DNA from: a virus
Reading direction: 5' to 3' (one strand)
Length of the DNA: 64,000 nt
IMG/VR virus record: IMGVR_UViG_3300044259_000094
Span: 1 to 64,000 of that record
The notes beneath the pieces were generated by a model. That model was not told where the DNA came from, ran no database searches, and was given only the letters and a program-made list of their open reading frames with translations. How positions within the stretch are numbered: the stretch's first letter is position 1; each line of letters opens with the position of its first letter. The position numbers and the translations under genes were made by a program. Positions 52,617 through 61,600 of the stretch are shown in pieces.

Positions 52617-55600
52617 TACTTCATCGCTCCAATAATGGTGATGCCGTAGGACGACTGGGCATCACTGTCGACGGTTACATAGTAGCTACCAGCGCCAACA
52701 TAGAAGCTATAGCTTGCGCAGGAGGTAGACGGGTTGTAATCGCCTTGGTAGTAGAAGCCATTAGTGTAACCCCCAACGACACGGCTAAGAAGGGTGCCGG
52801 CGGAGTTATACAGGTTGATGTAGATCGGCTGACCACCAATGTATTTCGACGACCGGTTAGCCGTCACGATGATCGCCAGGTTAACGGCAGCTGGGTACGA
52901 AATCACAGCAGTCGCACCGCCGTTGCCGTTAACTTGAGCGTAGTACGGGATCGTTACCGCGTTACCCGCAATCTTGATCGTATCGACAGCCAGATCCTGA
53001 ATTTTGGCATTGGTAATATGCCCGTTCATGATGTGGGTGTCGGCGATCTGAGCCGTACCAATCTTCGCGTAGGTGATAGCCGCATCAGCGATGTGAGCAG
53101 TGGTGATGGTTGCTGCAGCGATAGTGGCTACGTTCAGACGCACGATCCCGCCAACAACTTGGAACGGAGCAATCGCGTTGCTGTTGCCCGGGTTGATCAT
53201 CACAATCCGATCCGCCTGGAAGGCGATCTGAGACTGAGTGATACCCTGACTGGTGTTCTGGATACCAATACCCATACCAGCGAAGTATTGAGTGCCGTCA
53301 GAGGACACCTGAACCTTAGCAGTCCAAGAGGCGCTCAACTTGCCATCCAGCGTAGACAATGCGGTCGATGTGGTGGAAATCGAAGCGGTGTTGGTACCCA
53401 CGCTGCTCTGGAGAGTGCTAATCGAGGACGCCTGAGAGGTGATGTTACCCTCGGCAGTAGTCACGCGAGTAGTCAGGCTGTTCAGAGCGGTCGCTTGAGC
53501 CTGTGCCTGGGTGTAGCTGGTACCGGCTTCGAAGGTCGAAGGGGTGGTGTTGGTACCGATCTGCTTCTCGATCATGATGCGGTCGAAGAAGATATCGCGG
53601 CCAGAAACACCCGATACGTTAGGCTGTAGCGCTACAGCCATCTGAGTGCCGGAGAAGGTGGTAGCGTTGGTCATATCAATGACCATCGAGTAGCGCACCC
53701 AGCCAGTGGTCAGGGAGAACAGAGCCGAAGTGGTGCTACCCACAGTAGCGGTCGAGGTCACATACCGGGTGAAGGCCCGGATCTGATGACCAGCAACGCT
53801 CGCCTTGGCGTAGAACGACAGGATGTACTTCGAGTTGTCGTAGCTGATCGGGAACGAGCCGACCGCACCAACCACGTTAGAGGTATGCAGATAGCAGGCG
53901 ACGGTGGTGCTGGTGCTAGAGGTCGCAAACTTCAACGCATAGCCGCCCAGAGCAGCGCTATCTACAACGGTATCGTAGGTGAGACCGGTGCTGATTGCGC
54001 CAATGGTAGGCTTGTTTGGACCGAACACGGAGTATTCGGACGGGTTCAAGTTGCTACCAGAACCACCGATACCACCCACAGTGCTTTGCAGCGCGGTCAC
54101 GGCGTTACCCTGAGAGGTGATGGTACCCTCAGCAGTGGTTACACGAGTGGTCAGCGCGTTCAGAGCACTGGTGTCTGCCTTGTTGGCTACGGTGTTGTTC
54201 AGGCTGGTGATCGCAGAACCCTGCGAAGTCAAAGTACCTTCGGCAGTGGTTACGCGAGTATCCAGAGTCTGGATAGCGGCAGCCTGAGCGCTCAGCTGAC
54301 CAGAACGTTTGGTGAACGACGGTTTGCTGATGTAGAAGTCACCAGCAGAGCCAGCTGAAACCCGGAGGTTCATGGCTACACGCAGGCAGTCCGGGGCGAC
54401 AGTCCAGGTACCAGTCACCTTAACCCAAGCGTTTGCGGTCTGGCTTGTCTGAACACCGTCGCCACCAGTAGTTGCCCAGGTATGCCCGATAGAGGCGTTA
54501 GCGGCATCGTATTGCTGAACCCAGATACCGAATACCCGTGCGGCTACGGTGCTGTAGATGTAGACCTCGAAGTCGTAGACCTCACCGCCGGTGGTCATCA
54601 TGTCGTGAAGCCGGCTGCCACCGAAGCGGACGTTAGGCGACACAATGAAACCGCTGTAGTTGTTGCCGGTCGACTGGGCTACAGACCACTTAACAGCTCG
54701 ACCACTCGGGCAGCCTACAGGAGCGTCAGCTCTCTGAACTACCGTTGCGGAAGACGTGTTAGTCATACCAGTGCTTGTCGCGAAGGTTGGATCTTCAATG
54801 AAGTTCTCGGTCGCGATGTTGCCCAAGCTGCTAGTCAGGTTGGTAATCGAACCACTTTGAGAGGTGATGTTGTTCTCAGCGGTGGTTACACGAGTGGTCA
54901 GAGCGGTCAACGCCGAAGCGTCAGCCTTACCGTTCACAGTCGTGGTCAGGTTGGTGATCTGAGTTGCCTGAGTGGTGTTCACACCTTCGGCCGCAGTTAC
55001 GCGAGCATCCAATGCAGTCTGCGCAGTTGCCAGGCCAGCTACTTCGGCTGCGATTGGGCCGGCAGCAAACACAGAAGGCTCAGTGCCGCCGGCGATCTGA
55101 CGCTCGATCATCACCGAGTCGATGGTTACTTCGGTACCAACTACACCGTTCCGGTTGAAGAAGAAGGTGTAGCCAACCTTGGTTGCAGCGGTAACGGTGA
55201 TTACACCGGAGTAGCGAGCGCGAGTCGTACCGATGTTGAAGGTCGAGGTCATGCGCTGAGCACCGTCATACATGCTCAACTGCACCTGAGAGCCGTTTGG
55301 CGACGAGGCGTAGAACGAGCAGATGTAGGTACCCGGGTCCAGAGGCAGGTTCCAACCGGCAGCGCTGTTGCTTGGCGCCAACATCAGGTACGCACCGCTG
55401 TTAGTGGTGGTAGACGTGGCCTTATAACCGAACCCGCTAGTTGCTTCCGCTACAGCTACCCCAACTCGGCTTGCGTTCGAAACGGTAGTAGCCGGGATAG
55501 AGGTGGAGGTCACCCAGCTGTAGGTCGAAGCCAGCAGGTTAGAGCCGTTACCAGCGATGTTACCCAGGGTAGCCGAGACGTTGGTCAGGGAAGTACCTTG

Positions 55601-58600
55601 GCTGCTGATAGTACCTTCTGCGGTGGTTACGCGAGTGGTCAGCGCATTCAGTGCCGATACATCAGCCTTGTTACCAATGCTGTTGTTCAGGCTAGTAATC
55701 GCGGTGCCCTGCGAAGTGTTCACACCCTCGGCAGCAGTAACTCGGGTAGTGAGAGCAGTTACAGCCGACGCATTCAGAGCGCTCTGACGGAAGCTATTGC
55801 CCGGCTCAAATACCGACGGAGCGGTGTTAGAACCAATAGCCTCTTCGATCATGATCTTGTCGAGCCAGAAGGTGCGACCAGAAGTGACCGATACGTTGGT
55901 CTGCAAGCAGAGCATCATCAGATCACCAACATGGGAAGCGGAGGTCATATCAATGACCGCGCTGTATCGTACCCAATCGGTAGTCAGAGCTTGGTTTTGA
56001 CTGGAGATGGTCGAGTTCACACTCGCATTATCCGAGGACCGGATGGTCTTCAAGAACGGAGCGATGGTGTGACCAGCTACAGCAGCTTTCGCGTAGTAGG
56101 ACAGGATGTATTTGGTGCGCTTGAACCCCATGTTGGCGTGAGCATAGATGATGCTCGAACCAGCAGAAGGCGCGAAGTACATGGTGCTGTTGGTGGTGTT
56201 GTTGGTGGTGACCTTGAAAGCGTAACCGCTAAACGCTGCAACATCAGCCTCAACACCGACGGAGTACGCCGAGTTGGTCGAGGTTACAGGCGCGTCAGAA
56301 GTGAAAGCGGAGTATTCGGCCGGCATCATGTTAGAGCCGGTACCACCGATAGCATTCACCGAGTTGTTAAGGTTCGTGATGCTGGTGCCTTGAGAGGTGT
56401 TAACCCCTTCGGCAGCAGTTACACGGGTAGTAAGAGCCGTCAGAGCCGAAGCGTCAGCTTTTCCGGTCAGGCTGTTGTTCAGGTTGGTGATCGCAGAACC
56501 CTGAGAAGTCAGGGTGCCTTCTGCGGCAGTTACCCGGGAGTCCAGCGACTGAGTTGCAGCACCCAGAGCAGCAGTCTGGATGTAAGAGCTACCAGGAACA
56601 AACACAGATGGATTCGAGTTCGAACCAATCATTGGCTCGACCATGAATCGGTCCCAGTACACAACGCGACCACTTACGCCAGATCGGTTGAACTGGATAC
56701 CCAGGCTCATCCGGTCTTTGTTGTCGTAGGCAGAGGTGTCGTGGTCAACCACTACGCTGTAGCGAGCCCAATCAGTGGTCAGAGTGTGAACCACAGTAGT
56801 CGGGTTAGCGGTGCCGCCGGCGGCGTCCTTAGCGCGCAGGAACAGAGACACCTGATGACCAGCAGTCTCAGCCTTGGCGTAGAACGAAATGATGTACTTA
56901 CCGCGCTTGAACGGCATACGGTAGTTTTCATACACGTCGGTACCATTTACGGTGTAAATGGTCACACTGTTGGTGGTGTTCACCGAAGTGGTCTTGTAAA
57001 CAAACCCGCCCAAGCCTTGAGGGTCAGCTACCACAGTACCTACGTTAGTTGCGTAGGTCATTGGCGGTACAGTCGCATCCATGAAGCAGGCGTACTCTGC
57101 TGGCACCAGGTTGGTACCGGCACCGCCAATCGCGCTCACCGAAGTGTTCAGGTTGGTGATGGAAGTACCCTGCGAGGTGTTCACACCTTCGGCGGCAGTA
57201 ACCCGGGTAGTCAGGGCATTCAGCGCGGAGGTATCCGCTTTACCTGCTACGGTGTTGTTCAGCGAGGTGATCGAGCTACCTTGAGAAGTCAGGGTACCTT
57301 CCGCTGCGGTAACGCGAGTATCCAGAGCCTGAGTAGCAGTTGCCAGCGAGCGCTCAGCGGCGTTCTGGCGGGAGAGCGACAGGTTGGCAACCCACATCTT
57401 GAAACCGACAACTGCAGGCGCGTCTGGTACCAGATACAGGGAAACCTCAGTGGTCTGCGCAGGAACTGTGACCTGCACAGACAGCTTCTGCCAACCACCT
57501 GCGGCCATATCATAGCCCAGGATGCGAACGTTGCCGTTTACGCTTGTAGAACCGTTGATCCAGTAGGTAATAGCGATTTTGCCCGCGTTCAGCGTGGCGT
57601 TCTCGCAGTACATCTGGCACTCAACATTGAGCACTTCACCCGGGGTTGCTGCGGTACGGTTACTACCGTTGGTGAAGTACAGCGCGTTACCACCCCAGCC
57701 CGATACGTTACCTGCTTTCGACATGCACAGCAGACGGTTAGCGGGGGCAGCGGCGGGTACACCGGCGTCGGTCTTGCTGAAATACTGAATTGGGAAGTCA
57801 GCAGTACCGCTGATCAGGTCGCCGGCCGCGTTGAAGTCTGGGTTGCGCAGCAGGTTGTCCTGACTGGTGTTAGCCATGCTGGTGTTCAGGCTGGTGATCG
57901 AGTTCGCCTGAGTAGTGTTCACGCCCTCAGCCGCAGTAACTCGGGTAGTCAGAGCAGTCAGAGCAGAAGCATCGGCCTTACCAGCCAGCGAGCTGGTCAG
58001 GTTGGTGATCGAGGTAGCCTGCGAGGTGTTTACACCCTCTGCACTGGTCAGACGGACATCCAGGGCCTGAACGGCAGAGCCAAGTGCAGCTGCTTGACGC
58101 AGGCTGTTACCAGGCACGAATACCGAAGGAGCGGTGTTGCTGCCAACCATTGGCTCCAACATGAAGCGATCAAGGTAGATAACTCGACCTGCTACCCCGG
58201 ATCGGTTGATCTGGATGCCAACGATCATCTTGTCTTTGTCGGCAAAGCCAGAGCCAGTCAGATCCACAACGCTCGAATACCGCTGCCAAGAGGTTGTCAG
58301 AGCATCTTGTGGAGCGCCGGCGGAGCTTGCAGCGGAACCAGCGGAGTTACGAGTGCGTGCGAACACCGCAATGGTGTGACCTGCAGTATCGGTTTTCGCG
58401 TAGTAGGACAGGATGTACTTACCCGGCTTGCACGCGATGTTAGCGGAAGCATAGTCCTCTGGGGTTGGCGACAAGTAGATCGCAGCACTGGTGCTGGTGT
58501 TTGCGCTCGTTACCTTGAGTGCATAGCCATTGAAAGCCTGTGCATCAACCACAGTCTCGGACAGGGAAGTTGCATAGACGATATCCGGCTTGGTAGCACC

Positions 58601-61600
58601 GAAGGTCGAATACTCTGCCGGAACAAGGTTAGTACCGGTACCACCGATTGCATCCATGGATGCAGTCAAGCTGGTGATCGAGTTGCTCTGCGAGGTGATC
58701 GAGTTCTCAGCAGTGGTTACACGGGTGGTCAGCGCATTCAGAGCGGTAGTGTCCGCTTTACCCGCTACCGAGTTGTTCAGCGAGGTGATCGAGTTACCCT
58801 GGCTGGTGTTCACACCCTCAGCTGCGGTCACGCGAGTAGTCAAAGCGGTCAACGCGCTAGCGTCTGCTTTGCCGGCCAGGCTGTTGTTCAGACCGGTGAT
58901 TGCGGAACCCTGGCTGGTGATCGTGCCCTCGGCATCGGTGACGCGAGCGGACAGAGCGCTGGTGGCATCCGCTTGGTTGCGAGCCTGTACCGAACGACGC
59001 TGAATGACTGGTCGACCAACCCATACGGTGAGTGGTTCAGCGTGAATGCTTGCGCGCAGGGTGATGTTCAGGCTGACAGCAGTCGCCGGGATGGTGATCG
59101 AGCCAGAGATAGTAACCCACTGACCGTTTACGCCAGTGATGCTGGTCGACGAAGGCGTCAGCCAACCGTGGTTAATCGAAGTGCCATTCAGGCTGTACGG
59201 CTGTACCCAGATACCGAACTGACGATCACTGGTGCCTTCACGATATACGGTGAAGGATACGTCGTATACCTCGCCTTCCTGAACAGCCAGGCGACCAGTA
59301 GTATCACGCAGCAGCACAGGCCAAGCGGTGCGCTGATAGATATTGCCGGTGGAGCTTGCCGCATAGACGAACTTCAAGAGACGTGGCGAAGGTGCAGCCG
59401 CAGGCGCCGATGCGTCAGTGCGATCAACGTTGGTGATGGTGACATTGGACACGGTAGGGAAAGCGTTGCGGCCATCCGTGAAGTCCGGGTCATACATCAG
59501 GTTCTCTTGCGGCAGAGCATTCAGACCAGTCTGAATAGTCGTGATCTGCGAACCCTGAGCGGTCAGCGTAGAGCCCTGCTGAGTAACGGTGTTGTTCAGC
59601 GCGGTCAGAGCACTGGCGTCAGCTTTATCGGCCAGGTTGTTGGTCAGAGTGGTGATCGAACTGGACTGGGACGTGTTCACACCCTCAGCCGCAGTTACGC
59701 GAGCCTCAAGAGCGGTGTTCGCGGTAGCGTTGGTCAGAGTTTGACGGAAGCTATCACCCAGAACGAACGCAGATGGCGAAGTGTTCTCACCGATCATAGG
59801 TTCGATCATGATCTTGTCGAGCCAGAAGATGCGGTTTGCTACTGCGGACACGTTGGTCTGCAGACACAGCAGCATCATGTCGCCAACATGAGTAGCGGAG
59901 GTCATATCGATGACCGCGCTATAACGAGTCCAGCTGGTGGTCAGCGCTTGGTTCTGAGTAACGATGGTCGAGTTGACGCTCGAACCGTCGGACGAAATCG
60001 ACTTGAGGAACGGTGCGATGGTGTGACCAGCTACTGCCGATCGAGCGTAGTAGGACAGGATGTACTTGCCACGCTTGAAGCCCATGTTCGCGTGAGCATA
60101 GGTGATCGACGAAGGGCCGGATGGTACGAAGTACATCGCACCGTTAGCGGAGGTCAGTGCGGTGATCTTGAGAGCGTAACCGTTGAACGTCGCAGCATCC
60201 GCATCACCGACAATCGAGTAAACGGCGTTGCTCGACAGAACAGGCGGGTTCGCCGCGAATACGTTGTACTCAGCCGGCAGCATGTTCGAACCTGCGCCAC
60301 CGATGTTACCCAGAGTTGCTTGTACGCTGGTCAGGCTGTTGCCCTGAGAAGTCAAGGTGTCTTCCGCAGCAGTAACCCGGGTGGTCAGCGCATTCACCGC
60401 AGAGACATCAGCTTTACCAGCCAGGCTGTTGTTCAGCGAGGTGATGCTGTTGCCTTGAGAGGTGATGTTCCCCTCAGCGGTAGTCACTCGGGTAGTCAGA
60501 GCATTGAGTGCAGAAGCGTCGGCTTTGGTAGCCAGAGCGCTTGCGTCAGCCTTGCTAGCCAGCGAAGTGTTCAGGTTGGTGATCGAGGTAGCCTGAGACG
60601 TGTTAACGCCTTCTGCTGCCGTTACACGCGCATCCAGAGCAGAGGTAGCCGAAGCCAGACCTGCAATCTGCGAAGCAGTCGGGCCAGCTACAAACGGGGA
60701 AGCTACGTTGCTTTCACCGATACGCTTCTCCAGCATCACCGAGTCAATGATGACCTCAGTACCAGTTACACCACCAACGTTTGGATACAGGGTAACTGCG
60801 ATCTTGGCCGAATCAGTGACAGTAACCGGCAGAGAGTAGCGAGTGCGGGTCGCGCTCAGAGCGGTAGTGGTGGTGTAGCGGCTTGCACCGTTCCACAGGT
60901 TCGCACGGATCGAGGCACCGGTAGTGGTCGAAGCGTAGAACGAAACCAAGTAGATGCCGGGTTCAATCGGGATGTTGTAGCCAGCAGCGTTGTTGCTTGG
61001 GCACAGCATGAAGAACAGGCCAGCGCTGTTGGAGCCTGCGGTGAACTTGTAACCGAAACCGCTGATAGCTTCTGCCACAGCCACACCCACAACGGTAGTA
61101 CCGGTGTTCAGCGGAGTGGTTGGCAGGGTAGCGCTGGTCAGCCAGGAGTATTGAGCCGGCACCATGTTGCTGCCGTTACCCGCGATGTTACCCAGAGTGG
61201 CTTGCACGCTGGTCAGCGAGTTGCCTTGCGAGGTGATGGTACCCTCAGCCGCAGTGACACGGGTGGTGAGTGCGTTAACGGCGCTCGCATCTGCTTTACC
61301 AGCAACACTGTTGGTCAGGTTGGTGATTGCAGTGCCTTGCGAAGTGTTCACACCTTCGGCCGCAGTTACACGGGTCGTCAGAGCCGTCAGAGCGGAAGCG
61401 TCAGCTTTGCCGTTCAGAGTGGTCTGAATGCCATTGATGGTCGACGCCTGAGAAGTCAGGGTGCCATTGATGGTACCGATGTTGGTTTCAGCGGTGGTTA
61501 CACGCGCAGCCAGGCCGTCGGCCGAAGACACAACTGAGCCGGCGTCACGCCAGTAGGTACCGTTTGGTGGAGCGTTGGTACCGGCAGCGTTTGCTGGAAC

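Noticed and set aside
54482-61537. 2351-aa + strand ORF and other long + strand ORFs (e.g. 19525-21999, 38460-40562, 61613-63751, 27871-29214)
   Set aside because: These are antisense shadows in register with real minus-strand genes, caused by avoidance of TTA/CTA/TCA codons. They have no motifs or SD, and they break where codon usage shifts.
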